From Bacteroidales bacterium (GTDB lineage: Bacteria; Bacteroidota; Bacteroidia; Bacteroidales; JAAUTT01): a stretch of 48,709 nucleotides of DNA. Every line of letters starts with the position of its first letter. Positions within the stretch are counted from its first letter, which is position 1. The stretch spans positions 1 to 48,709 of the forward strand of contig JANXXY010000188.1 of the NCBI GenBank assembly GCA_025350365.1, given 5' to 3'. Of this stretch, positions 18,238-28,900 are shown piece by piece. The notes beneath the pieces were generated by a model. The model had not been told where the DNA came from. It saw only the letters and a list, made by a program, of their open reading frames with translations, and did no database searches. A program made the translations under genes and the position numbers.

Positions 18238-19503
18238 ATGATTGGAAAAAAATTGCCTTTTACAAAGGAACAACTCGAAAAAATCGCCGAAGAGTATCCA
18301 ACTCCTTTTCATATTTATGATGAGAAAGCTATTCGAGCCAACGCGCGAAAACTTAATACTGCTTTCTCGTGGAACAAGGGATTTAAGGATTATTATGCAA
18401 TTAAAGCAGTTCCAAATCCTTATCTCATGAAAATTCTTCGTGAAGAAGGTTTTGGTATCGACTGCTCATCGATGGCTGAATTGGAACTTGCTGAAAAAGT
18501 AGGACTTCGTGGCGAAGAAATCATGTTTACGTCAAACGATACTCCTGCCGAAGAATTTAAAAAGGCAATGGATCTCGGAGCTATTATTAACCTTGATGAT
18601 ATTTCACATATTCCTTTTCTGGAAAAACACGCCGGAATACCGGAACTCATTTGTTTTCGCTATAATCCAGGCCCGCTTAAGGAAGGAAATATGATCATCG
18701 GTCAACCGGAGGAAGCCAAGTATGGTGGTACACGTGAACAACTTTTTGAGGCATATAAGATAATGCGCTACAAAGGTGTGAAACGATTCGGCATCCATAC
18801 CATGGTTGCTTCCAACGAACTTGACACCAATTATTTTATCGAAACTGCCGAAATATTATTCGACCTGATTGTGGAACTATCGGAAAAACTTAATATACGT
18901 TTCGAATTTGTTAACCTGGGAGGAGGAATTGGCATTCCTTACCGCCCGGAGCAAACGCCGGTTGATCTGAACGTCATGAGCGAAGGAATTCGTAAGCTAT
19001 ACAATGATTTGATAGAAGCGAACGGATTAGCACCCATAAAAATATACTTCGAAACCGGACGCGTAATTACCGGACCTTACGGATACCTTGTTTCCCGGGT
19101 TCTTCATATTAAAAATACCTATAAAAAGTATGCCGGTCTGGATGCAAGCATGGTTAATCTAATGCGACCTGCTTTGTACGGTGCTTATCACCACATCACT
19201 GTAATGGGCAAAGGTCATCTGTCGCATCAAACTCCCTACGATGTTACTGGTTCCCTATGTGAGAACAACGATAAATTTGCTATTAACAGGTTGCTGCCTG
19301 AAATGGAGCCTGGCGATTTGGTGGTGATTCACGATACCGGTGCACACGGACATGCTATGGGCTTTAATTATAACGGTAAACTACGTTCGTCAGAACTTCT
19401 TCTTAGAGAAAATGGTGAAGTTATGCAAATACGCCGTGCCGAAACTATTGAGGACCATTTCGCGACCCTCGATTTTGGAGGATTAGCAAAATTTGAAGTG
19501 TGA
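18238..19503 (+). CDS. lysA: diaminopimelate decarboxylase (fold-type III PLP)
   Basis: 421 aa. It shows YPTPFHIYDE, YAIKAVPNP (PLP Lys), NLGGGIGIPY, GSLCENNDKF and DTGAHGHAMGFNYNG. It lies directly after dapF. Confidence 0.85.
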   Translation: MIGKKLPFTKEQLEKIAEEYPTPFHIYDEKAIRANARKLNTAFSWNKGFKDYYAIKAVPNPYLMKILREEGFGIDCSSMAELELAEKVGLRGEEIMFTSNDTPAEEFKKAMDLGAIINLDDISHIPFLEKHAGIPELICFRYNPGPLKEGNMIIGQPEEAKYGGTREQLFEAYKIMRYKGVKRFGIHTMVASNELDTNYFIETAEILFDLIVELSEKLNIRFEFVNLGGGIGIPYRPEQTPVDLNVMSEGIRKLYNDLIEANGLAPIKIYFETGRVITGPYGYLVSRVLHIKNTYKKYAGLDASMVNLMRPALYGAYHHITVMGKGHLSHQTPYDVTGSLCENNDKFAINRLLPEMEPGDLVVIHDTGAHGHAMGFNYNGKLRSSELLLRENGEVMQIRRAETIEDHFATLDFGGLAKFEV

Positions 19504-19597
19504 AAAAAGTATTGAGTACAACAAAAGATCATAATTTTATAGAAAACTCAGTCATACTCCCATACTATTCATAATTCAAAAATAGATACCTAAAAAA

Positions 19598-20161
19598 ATG
19601 ATTGACGATATAAATAAAGCTCTTGAAGTATTAAGAAAGGGCGGGATTATACTATATCCTACCGATACCCTTTGGGGTATTGGTTGCGATGCCACCAACA
19701 GCGATGCAGTTGCCCGCATTTACAGTCTAAAACAGCGGGAAGAAACCAAAAGCATGTTGGTGCTAGGAGATAACGCCAATCGCATTTTACGATATGTTAA
19801 GGAAGTACCTGAAATGGCATGGCAATTACTCGAAGTAAATGATCAACCAATGACTATCATTTATCCCGGAGCTATTAATCTGGCCCCAAATCTGATTAAC
19901 AGCGATAAAACCATTGGAATACGAATAACGAATGATCCCTTTTGTCAAACATTAATCTCGAAATTAAATCGTCCCTTAGTTTCGACCTCAGCTAACATCA
20001 GCGGGGAACCCTCTCCGACTATGTTTGACGAAATATCCGACGAAATAAAAAATGGTGTGGATTATGTGGTAAAATGGAGGCAGGATGATATTAATAAACG
20101 TCCACCTTCACAAATAATTAAACTAGGATTAGGTGGAGAAATAGAAATATTGAGAAAATAG
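19598..20161 (+). CDS. tsaC: L-threonylcarbamoyladenylate synthase (YrdC/TsaC type)
   Basis: 187 aa, single YrdC domain. It shows ILYPTDTLWGIGCDA, K.R....SM.VL and VSTSANISGEP. Confidence 0.85.
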   Translation: MIDDINKALEVLRKGGIILYPTDTLWGIGCDATNSDAVARIYSLKQREETKSMLVLGDNANRILRYVKEVPEMAWQLLEVNDQPMTIIYPGAINLAPNLINSDKTIGIRITNDPFCQTLISKLNRPLVSTSANISGEPSPTMFDEISDEIKNGVDYVVKWRQDDINKRPPSQIIKLGLGGEIEILRK

Positions 20162-20164
20162 ACC

Positions 20165-20199
20165 GCAGTTGACGAATAATAAATTTAGCCGTCAACTGC
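20165..20199. terminator. bidirectional terminator hairpin between convergent genes
   Basis: gcagttgacg (20165-20174) and cgtcaactgc (20190-20199) form a perfect 10-bp stem with a 15-nt loop. It sits between the tsaC stop (20161) and the stop of the minus-strand gene at 20207. Confidence 0.65.
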
Positions 20200-20206
20200 A
20201 GATTCT

Positions 20207-20950
20207 TTAGAAAGTTGTTTCTTTTAATTTACCTGAACCGCTTATAGATGCATCAATTACTGGTTTCCCTGAATAATATACATCTCCGCTACCCGACACT
20301 CTCACTTCCAGTTTGTTTGAAACAACTAATTTGCAATTGCCAGATCCACTCACATGAACATCCGCATCCTGTGTTTGAAGTTGACTTGCAATTACATCAC
20401 CCGAACCCGAAATATGTATCTCGTGCTTTTTTGCTTGGGTTTTACCCGATACAGTAATAGATCCAGATCCCGAAATATGTGATTCTACATTATTAACAGC
20501 TTTTAAATCGGCAAGCAATATATTTCCGCTACCCGAAATGCTTAAAGATAAGCCATCAGCACTAATCGCATTATTGGCAATGATTGAACCCGACCCACTA
20601 ATAGATAAATCCTTCACATTTTCCATGGTAATATAATAGGTTAATTTACCGATGTGCCAGGAACCATGTTTAGTTTTAATCTTAAGCTTAGAACCCTCCA
20701 CTACAGACTCGATCTTTTCAATATCGGATGCTGCACCTTCAACTATTACTTTTTGAGGCGACCCCTGAATGAGTTTAACGTCACCCGAAATAGATAGGCC
20801 TATTCCATCAAATATTTCAACTTTGCGTTCTTCCTGAATTACTTTGTCGCCCCCAGATGATGAATAATTGCTGGTTACATCTTTGCAGTTGATAGCTGAA
20901 AGGCTCAAACTGCCAATCATAACAAAAAGAATAATATACAGTGTTCTCAT
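20207..20950 (-). CDS. DUF2807 / head-GIN-domain (adhesin-head-like) secreted protein
   Basis: 247 aa with a signal peptide and at least seven ISGSGS/VSGSG repeats at regular spacing, as expected for a beta-helix. Confidence 0.65.
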   Translation of the reverse strand: MRTLYIILFVMIGSLSLSAINCKDVTSNYSSSGGDKVIQEERKVEIFDGIGLSISGDVKLIQGSPQKVIVEGAASDIEKIESVVEGSKLKIKTKHGSWHIGKLTYYITMENVKDLSISGSGSIIANNAISADGLSLSISGSGNILLADLKAVNNVESHISGSGSITVSGKTQAKKHEIHISGSGDVIASQLQTQDADVHVSGSGNCKLVVSNKLEVRVSGSGDVYYSGKPVIDASISGSGKLKETTF

Positions 20951-21093
20951 ACCTATAAATTTTAATTAATGATTAATCTGTTTAAAAGACGAATCATTTT
21001 GAACAATGCTGCATTTTGAATTAATATTCAGAAAATTAATCCTAAACCTCTGCACGTTTAGTGAATTATGGGGTTTCTTACGTTTTTTTACTA

Positions 21094-21615
21094 CTAACGA
21101 TTAAGATTAATCAGACCATCAGGGGCATCAATCAATATTTCCTTATCTTCATGATTTACGCGTACAATAGTTTCTCCGGATACCGGAATCAATATTTCTT
21201 CCTCGCCATTCATTATCTGCAACAGTAGATTATGATTGTAATCGAGCAGTTGATCAACTATCCCAATTTTGCCGGCTGTTTTATCGATAACCACATAACC
21301 TGAAAGTTCCTGACTAAAACTTGGTTCGTCGGCATAATCGGCCACTGTAAATAATTGTAAAACACTGTTACCAAGAAACTCTTTTGCTGTATCAGACGAG
21401 TCAACATCTTCAAAACCTATCACTACCGAACTGTCAGAGGTTATCCGCAGGGATTTAATAAAAAAAGGAACCGGCAATCCATCAATTTCGATGAACACCG
21501 ATTCCCAATCTTCAATTTCTTCGCTAATCATTGAATCCGAAACCATTACGTACTCACCTTTAAAACCATGTAGTTTAGCAAGTACTCCTATTTCCCGGTA
21601 TTCGGAATTATTCAT
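21094..21615 (-). CDS. rimM: 16S rRNA processing protein RimM
   Basis: 173 aa. It has the IGVLAKLHGFKGEY N-terminal block and a PRC-barrel C-terminus, and lies immediately downstream of rpsP. Confidence 0.85.
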   Translation of the reverse strand: MNNSEYREIGVLAKLHGFKGEYVMVSDSMISEEIEDWESVFIEIDGLPVPFFIKSLRITSDSSVVIGFEDVDSSDTAKEFLGNSVLQLFTVADYADEPSFSQELSGYVVIDKTAGKIGIVDQLLDYNHNLLLQIMNGEEEILIPVSGETIVRVNHEDKEILIDAPDGLINLNR

Positions 21616-21638
21616 TAATAACGAAATGAGTTATTATA

Positions 21639-22187
21639 TTATTCAGCAGCTGGAGCCGGAGTTTCAGCAACTGGTTCTGGAGATGCTTCAACAGGAGGAG
21701 CAGCAGCTATTTCAGCAGCCTTACGGTCAGCCTGAAGCTTTTTGGCAATAGCCTGTGATTTTGCTTCTTTTACTTTAGCTTCAGCTTCGAAACGTTGTTT
21801 TTTATCCTCTTCTTTAGTCTTAACAACATTTTCCTTTTCAGCCAGAATCTTGGTGTCTTTTTGACTCATCCAGTCCTGAAATCTTTGTTCGGCAACTTCA
21901 GCAGAGAAAGCACCTTTTTTTGCTCCTTCGAGTAAGTGTTTTTTCATAAAAACACCTTTTTTTGCAAGGATTGTGCGACATGTATCTGAAGGTAAAGCGC
22001 CATTCTGAAGCCAATCCAAAGCCCTGTCGAAATCGAATTCGATAGTTGCTGGATTTGTGTTTGGGTTATATACTCCCAAACGTTCAATGTATCGGCCATC
22101 ACGTGGCGCCCTGCCGTCAGCTACAACAATGTGATAAAAAGGATAACCTTTTTTACCATGACGAGATAATCTGATTTTTACGGGCAT
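21639..22187 (-). CDS. rpsP: 30S ribosomal protein S16 with long charged and Ala/Pro/Glu-rich C-terminal tail
   Basis: The protein begins MPVKIRLSRHGKKGYPFYHIVVADGRAPRDGRYIERLGVYNP. At 182 aa it is about 100 aa longer than the S16 core. Confidence 0.95.
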   Translation of the reverse strand: MPVKIRLSRHGKKGYPFYHIVVADGRAPRDGRYIERLGVYNPNTNPATIEFDFDRALDWLQNGALPSDTCRTILAKKGVFMKKHLLEGAKKGAFSAEVAEQRFQDWMSQKDTKILAEKENVVKTKEEDKKQRFEAEAKVKEAKSQAIAKKLQADRKAAEIAAAPPVEASPEPVAETPAPAAE

Positions 22188-22229
22188 ACGTTACGTTTTA
22201 AAAAATAAATACTTAAAAAATTTGTGGCG

Positions 22230-22237
22230 CAAATATA
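22230..22237 (-). promoter_or_regulatory. candidate Bacteroidota -7 box (TAnnTTTG) for rpsP
   Basis: The minus strand reads tatatttg, an exact TAnnTTTG, 43 nt upstream of the rpsP ATG. I found no convincing -33 TTTG. Confidence 0.35.
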
Positions 22238-22288
22238 CAATTATAATTTGAAAAAGGAATATGGTTAAAATTAAAACTAACTATCATT

Positions 22289-23365
22289 CTAATAGAACTC
22301 GAAATTCCATTCTTTGGGATAAATCCAAATCTCGAAGGGTTTCTGAGTTGACCCCAGAATAACCCCATTTTTATCAATCGTTTGAAGAAAAATATTATAA
22401 AACCCAATATTTGAAGATTTTAAAACATAAGTCGCCTCATGATTATTTACCACTTTTTCGGATTCGCCAGATTGCATTGTTCCATGCGGTAGCATTATAC
22501 CGAACTCAAAATTATATGGCCAAAATTCATATTTCATCAGGATATATGTGTCATTACCCGCAAAGTTATCCTTGGCTACGTAACTTACCAGCTGGTTTTC
22601 TATTATCTGATTTCTAACATGCTGCAATTCATATATTGGTTTCACAGTTGAAACGGTATATTTATAAATACGCAAGCCCGATATTTCCCCATTCAACTGG
22701 CGTATACCTTTATCAAATCCTGCAAATCCTTTTCCAACCATCAATACTTTTTCCAGACTATCGCCCTTATTTTTATCAATATAGGAAGTAACATCTTTGA
22801 AAAACATCTGCGATGAATCGGGGAAAAAGGCATGCGGAAAAATATTTAATATTTTTTCTCCCTTTTTTAGCTGAAGAATAATTCCTTCGGGTCTTTTATC
22901 AATGACAAACGTGTATTTTTCTCCGGTAATTATAGGTATATATGTGTCCCTGCAATATTGGGGTTGACGATACGTACTTATGGTATAAAACAAATACTCA
23001 ACCGGCTGCGGTATCACATTGTAATGACCTATTTCAACTGCCAGGTGAAATTGTGGCTCTTCTTCCCCATTGTCATTATCGTTTTTATTAATCGATCCAT
23101 AATAAAAAAGTGGCATAAAAGAATTTAATGCGCCGCCATCGTAACGAAAATCTATCTCAATCCGACCGAAGGTGAGTTGACTGATGTCGTCGGGAATTGC
23201 ATCCTCATTGTAAATACCAGGTGTAAATTCACTGATCAAACTTTCAGTAAACAAAATATTTTCAAAAGTGCCTTTGTAGTCATTTACTATCCAGTGATCA
23301 TCTTTTTGATCCTTTTTACAACTGCAATAAAATACTATAAACAATAAAAGTAAAACCCGATTCAT
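22289..23365 (-). CDS. hypothetical lipoprotein, possible LamG/ConA-like jelly-roll plus Ig-like C-terminal domain
   Basis: 358 aa with a lipoprotein signal (LLLLFIVFYCSC). NGEISGLRIYKYTVS resembles the closing strand of LamG-type domains. I recognised no confident family. Confidence 0.55.
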   Translation of the reverse strand: MNRVLLLLFIVFYCSCKKDQKDDHWIVNDYKGTFENILFTESLISEFTPGIYNEDAIPDDISQLTFGRIEIDFRYDGGALNSFMPLFYYGSINKNDNDNGEEEPQFHLAVEIGHYNVIPQPVEYLFYTISTYRQPQYCRDTYIPIITGEKYTFVIDKRPEGIILQLKKGEKILNIFPHAFFPDSSQMFFKDVTSYIDKNKGDSLEKVLMVGKGFAGFDKGIRQLNGEISGLRIYKYTVSTVKPIYELQHVRNQIIENQLVSYVAKDNFAGNDTYILMKYEFWPYNFEFGIMLPHGTMQSGESEKVVNNHEATYVLKSSNIGFYNIFLQTIDKNGVILGSTQKPFEIWIYPKEWNFEFY

Positions 23366-23395
23366 CAGTTTTGTTTCTAAAAAATTTGGAAAGAT

Positions 23396-24196
23396 TTACT
23401 CACCATATAAATATTGTAATCCGTTTGATTTAACCGGAAAACCTGATTTATTATATTCGTAAACTGTTGTGGATTCATTTTTATATTCTTTACCTTCACT
23501 ATACCAAACATAAGTTTCTTTGGTGATATTATTCTGATTAGTAAATCGTCCCGGTTCACCTGTATTGTTAAAAATTGTAAACGGATTGATTTTATCATCA
23601 TACTCGTAATAAACAGTATGTAAAAGTATTATATTGCCATTGAGCTCAACCCTATAATTTGAAGTCTTTATTAAATTACCTGATACATCATACTCATAAT
23701 TATCATATTGTGTCAACATATCCTGAGGGCTATACATAGAACTCTTTACTACATTTCCATTTACATAAGTATAAATTTGATAGAATAGCAATTGAGCATT
23801 TCCGCTATTCAGAAAAAAAGACAATCTTTTTGTCAATTTTCCTGTATTATCATATTCAAAATCATAATAATCGGTAACCTTTGCTTGTCGTGGATCTGCC
23901 CCAGAGTCAATAGTGGAATTTGGAAATGCAACGCAGCTAAATGATGCATTAAATGAAAGTGACCGTTCCATTTTTATCAACCTGTTTTGCGAATCGTACA
24001 AATACTTTTTATACATTGAAGGCTCGACGGCTTCTGCAATTTGGCAATTATTATTGTAAATCAAATCATTAACAAAAACCTCACCCGATTTTACCTGACT
24101 TATCAGGGATGGACTATGACATGAGTTATCGACCTTGTCCTTGGTACACGAATTGATTCCAAAAAAAACAATGACAGTCAATAGATAATTTTTCAT
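23396..24196 (-). CDS. hypothetical lipoprotein with YD-like repeats
   Basis: I take the start at the internal ATG (24196), giving MKNYLLTVIVFFGINSCTKDK (lipobox). The motif Y(E/D)YD..G.L.K recurs (FEYDNTGKLTKR, YEYDVSGNLIKT, YEYNKSGFPVKS). Confidence 0.6.
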   Translation of the reverse strand: MKNYLLTVIVFFGINSCTKDKVDNSCHSPSLISQVKSGEVFVNDLIYNNNCQIAEAVEPSMYKKYLYDSQNRLIKMERSLSFNASFSCVAFPNSTIDSGADPRQAKVTDYYDFEYDNTGKLTKRLSFFLNSGNAQLLFYQIYTYVNGNVVKSSMYSPQDMLTQYDNYEYDVSGNLIKTSNYRVELNGNIILLHTVYYEYDDKINPFTIFNNTGEPGRFTNQNNITKETYVWYSEGKEYKNESTTVYEYNKSGFPVKSNGLQYLYGE

Positions 24197-24591
24197 TTGG
24201 TATAGTTTAAAATAAGTTGGAATGGCAATCTGCCATGTAAGCAAATAACTCAACAATGAGATTTTAATTCACGTTTATTTGTAATACTTTGACATTTAAA
24301 GTTTTTTTACCCCTGAGAAATGAAAAAAATTTGTTTAATGATTAATAGATGGCAATAACATGAAATGGTTGCTTCATTTGAAATGATTATTTATCCCATT
24401 TTCAAATTTAACGAAGTGTTGTTTATTTCTATTTATTTCATTTATGTACCTCAACACTTCGGTAAATTTCAGCAATATTCTTAAAATGAAATACTTAGAT
24501 ATATATTGAAATATTTCTTTATTTCTATGTATTTCAACCTGTTACATTTTGTAAAAATGCAGAAGTTGAAAAATTACCGAAATATTGTACC

Positions 24592-25716
24592 TTATTCACT
24601 TAAATATTTTTTCAAAAAAAACATCCTGTCCATGGTTAGGTGCAACCCATAACAATAGTCGGTTTGGGGAACATTAACATCTGTGTAAGTTTCTACATAA
24701 GCCGCCAATGAAATTCCTTTATGGATTTGTTTACGGAAAGCCAGTTTAAAAGTGGCCAAATCGCGAATGGGTCTTTTTTCGTCGTGGAAAGGAATTAATG
24801 CGCTATGAAAAAGAGTTTCTCCTTTTGGCGATATAAACATATCTCCATGGAAATACCCCGCCTGGAAGATAAAATTGGACACATAAATTTCCGTTCGGGG
24901 ATAGATCGCATAGCCTTCGCGGAATGCTTGCAGTTTTTGGGGCGACATATCTTTATAGCCCATATACCAGAATTCAAAATTTAGTTCCCTAATTTTTCCG
25001 CTTTTTGGATAAAGCGAAGTCTTGATACCAGATGCAAAATCAAAAATAGTCCGCAGTGGAATATCCACTGATAGACTTTGGCCTCCATGATGATTTATAA
25101 GAGTTTGAAATGGTATGGAAATGTTGAATTTTCGATCGTCTGACAACAGTTTCCAAGTAAACGTAGTACCATAGGTGAGCTCCTCCTGAAATGGGTCGTT
25201 GGGTAGAATAAATTTTTCCCAGTCGAGCCAGATATCTGCTTTTACCTGCTTTGTTTTAAAAAGGAATTGAACTCCATTCTCGGTTGCATCGGTATAGTTT
25301 TTCTCCCATCGGTACAAAGGTTCTATCAGTCCATGATTACTGCCACCGTAGAGTGTTCCAAGAATAGTCTGAAAATATTGAACGGGCTGATATTGAAATC
25401 GAAATACAGGTTCAAGCCGGTAAATCCCATCTCGTCCAAAATATTTTAAAAGTCTGATACCGGCTTCAATTCGTGTTGTTGATCCGGGGTTATATACCAG
25501 CGTAGGTTCGACCTGAAATCCCGGATATGTTGCACCTTCGTATAACGTGTTGAAATATTCGTTGTTCTTGAAGAAACTTCGATTTGTAAAATGTAACGAA
25601 AGTTTTTGGCTATCAGCTGGCGAAAAAAAATTATCAACTGTAAAATCAATAGGTAATTGAGATTTAACAGAAAAAGACCCAATTGTGATGAACAGAAAAA
25701 TGAAAAAGAAGCGCAT
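24592..25716 (-). CDS. hypothetical outer-membrane beta-barrel candidate
   Basis: 374 aa with a signal peptide (MRFFFIFLFITIGSFSVKSQ) and alternating aromatic/hydrophilic strand-like segments throughout. I recognised no family. Confidence 0.55.
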   Translation of the reverse strand: MRFFFIFLFITIGSFSVKSQLPIDFTVDNFFSPADSQKLSLHFTNRSFFKNNEYFNTLYEGATYPGFQVEPTLVYNPGSTTRIEAGIRLLKYFGRDGIYRLEPVFRFQYQPVQYFQTILGTLYGGSNHGLIEPLYRWEKNYTDATENGVQFLFKTKQVKADIWLDWEKFILPNDPFQEELTYGTTFTWKLLSDDRKFNISIPFQTLINHHGGQSLSVDIPLRTIFDFASGIKTSLYPKSGKIRELNFEFWYMGYKDMSPQKLQAFREGYAIYPRTEIYVSNFIFQAGYFHGDMFISPKGETLFHSALIPFHDEKRPIRDLATFKLAFRKQIHKGISLAAYVETYTDVNVPQTDYCYGLHLTMDRMFFLKKYLSE

Positions 25717-25971
25717 ACCATTCTATCAAAAAAGACAATACAAACATAAGAAAATTAGAGTTGTTTCAATAACCCTTCTACAAAAATATAAATAAGGGCG
25801 TTCTAAAATCAACAAATTTTACCTTTCTTTGATAAATTTTAAAGTCCAATAAAACATTAAAGTACGTTTAAGTTTTCCGATGAAACCCACAAGTTTTGAA
25901 ACACAAAAATATAACAATATGATAATAAGTTCATTTGTGGTTGCATCATACATTAACAAACAAATCATTAT

Positions 25972-28900
25972 ATGATGAACAACTTCAAAAAGATTAATGT
26001 CATTGCCGGTTGGATTATAGGAATCATTGCCAGTACAGTATACATTTTGACTATTGAGCCAACCGCTAGTTTTTGGGATTGTGGTGAATTTATTGCCACC
26101 GCGTTGAAACTTGAAGTGGGTCATCCCCCGGGTGCGCCATTATTTATGCTTCTCGGACGGGTTGCAACCTTGTTTGCCGGAAGCAGTGTTACCGCCATTC
26201 CTATTACCATCAATATATATTCGGCACTTTGTAGTGGTTTTACCATACTTTTCCTCTTTTGGAGTATTACGCATCTTGCCCGTAAAATAGTTGGAAATAA
26301 AACGGAATATACACTGGCCGAAGTTATTTCAATTATTGGTAGTGGTGTTGTAGGAGCCTTAGCATATACATTCTCCGATTCCTTTTGGTTTTCAGCTGTG
26401 GAAGGCGAAGTATATGCATCATCATCCTTTTATACCGCTATCGTATTTTGGGTAATATTAAAATGGGAGAATGAGGCAAATGAAAAATACGCCAACCGCT
26501 GGATTATTTTGATTGCTTATCTCATGGGGTTGTCTATTGGTGTTCACTTATTAAACCTTTTGGCTATACCTGCCATTGTAATGATTTATTATTTTAAGAA
26601 ATATACCGTTACCAGAAATGGGGTGATAATTGCATTATTATCAGGAATTTTTATTTTGGGGGTGATTATGTATGGTGTTATCCAGGGAACTTTTACAGTT
26701 GCAACCTGGTTTGAACTTTTCTTTGTGAATGTGTTGAGCTTTCCATTCTCTTCCGGGTTTGCCATTTACCTGATTTTATTGATTGGTGCTGTTATATTTG
26801 GTTTATGGTATACTGCAAAAAAAGGAAAAGTGATGTGGAATACCATTCTGCTTGCTTTGGCTGTTATTCTTTTGGGGTATTCATCTTACGCCACAATTCT
26901 GATAAGGTCGTATGCCAATACCCCTTTGAATGAAAACAACCCCTCAAACCTTTTCAATCTCCTCTCATACCTGAACCGCGAGCAATATGGCGATAGACCT
27001 TTGTTGTATGGTCCATATTATAATGCACCCGTTAAGGAGGTAAAAGAAGGCTCGCCAGTTTATATTCAGGATGTAAAAACAGGAAAATACAAAGAAATTT
27101 ATCATCGGCCTGAATATGTTTACGATCCGGCATTTTGCACCATTTTCCCTCGTATGTATAGTCGCGAGCACGCCAAAAACTATCAGGAATGGGCTAATAT
27201 CAAGGGAACAAAAATACAAAGTACAAACGAACAGGGAGAACCAACCACATTAATTAAACCTACTTTCGTTGAGAATCTGACATTTTTCTTTAAATATCAG
27301 ATAGGTTATATGTATTTCCGGTATTTTATGTGGAATTTCTCAGGCCGTCAAAACGATATTCAAGGGCATGGAGGTATTTTAAAGGGAAACTGGATTACAG
27401 GTATTAATTTTATTGATGAGTTTAGACTCGGCCCACAAGATAAGCTTCCGGCTTCCTTAAAAGATAATCAGGCGCGGAATAAATATTATATGTTGCCGTT
27501 CATCCTGGGTTTAATTGGGTTGATGTTTCACTACCAAAAAAACCAAAAGGATTTCTGGGTTGTTTCACTACTGTTTTTTATGACAGGCATCGCTATTCTT
27601 CTCTATCTGAATCAAAAACCAATGGAACCTCGTGAACGCGACTATGCTTATGCCGGTTCATTTTATGCTTACGCTATTTGGATTGGGTTAGGGGTAATGG
27701 CTCTCATTGATATGTTAAAGAAAAGGATGAATGGGGTAGTTGCTGGAATTTTAATTACCATATTCACGCTTGGTCTGGTACCTGGTATTATGGCCAATCA
27801 AAACTGGGATGACCACGATCGGTCGCATCGATATACCTGCAGGGATTTTGCTTACGATTATCTGAACTCATGTGAACCGAACGCTATTTTGTTTACCAAT
27901 GGCGATAATGACACTTTTCCTCTATGGTATGCTCAGGAAGTGGAAAATATCCGCACAGATGTAAGGGTGGTGAATCTTAGTTACCTGGGCGCTGATTGGT
28001 ACATCGAACAAATGCAGCGAAAAGTATATGAATCGGAAGCCTTGCCGCTTACAATGAAAAAAGAAAAATACCAGACCGGCTCACGAGATGTTTTATATAT
28101 TGTGGATCGTGTTAACAATTACGCCGATCTGAAGGATGTCATGGATTTTGTTGCCAGCGATTCTATCATAACTAAAACATTACCCAATTATCGTGAAAGA
28201 ATCGAATACCTGCCTGCTAAAAAGTTCAGCATTAAGGTCGATTCGTCTGTTGTGATGGCCAACCATGTGGTGGCTCCTAAATTGGCTAAATTGATCGTTC
28301 CTGAAATGAAATGGGAATTAAAAAAGCGTACGTCGATTTATAAGAACGATCTGATGGTGCTTGATATGATGGCTCACAACAACTGGAAAAGGCCGATGTA
28401 TTTTGCCATAACAGTTTCTGACGAAAACTATCTGGGTCTCGAAAAATACTTCCAGTTACAGGGTCTGGCTTATAAGATTGTGCCTATCGAATCCACGGAA
28501 CGAAATGATTTCCAAAATGGAAGCATCGATACTGAAATTCTTTATAATAATTTGATCAATAAATTCGTTTGGGGTGGAATAGCCAATCCGAAGGTTTACC
28601 TCGATGAAAATAACATGCGTATGCTATCGAATTTCAGGAATAATTTCGCTCGTTTAGCAGAAGCTCTAGTAAAAGAAAATAAAATTGATTCGGCCAAGGT
28701 GGTTTTAAATAAATGTCTCGAAGTGATGCCTATTGATAGAATTCCTCTCAACTATTGGGCTTTGCCATTGGTGGAACAATTTTACAATGTTAAATTGATT
28801 GATAAAGCTAATACTCTTGTAGATAAACTTTTAACCACTACCGATGAAGAACTGAAATATTATTTCAGGCTTCGTGGAAAATTTGCAGAAGGTATTGATT

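Noticed and set aside
21491-21751. 86-aa plus-strand ORF with a Q/E-rich tail between rimM and rpsP
   Set aside because: It is the antisense translation of the Ala/Pro/Glu-rich S16 tail and the rimM N-terminus. I treat it as an artefact of low-complexity coding sequence on the other strand.
24197-24256. 20-codon upstream extension of the YD-like lipoprotein ORF
   Set aside because: The internal ATG at 24196 yields a canonical lipoprotein signal (MKNYLLTVIVFFGINSC). The extension would bury it.
25819-26124. 101-aa minus-strand ORF overlapping the DUF2723 start
   Set aside because: It overlaps the strongly conserved N-terminus of the DUF2723 gene and the divergent promoter region, and has no features.
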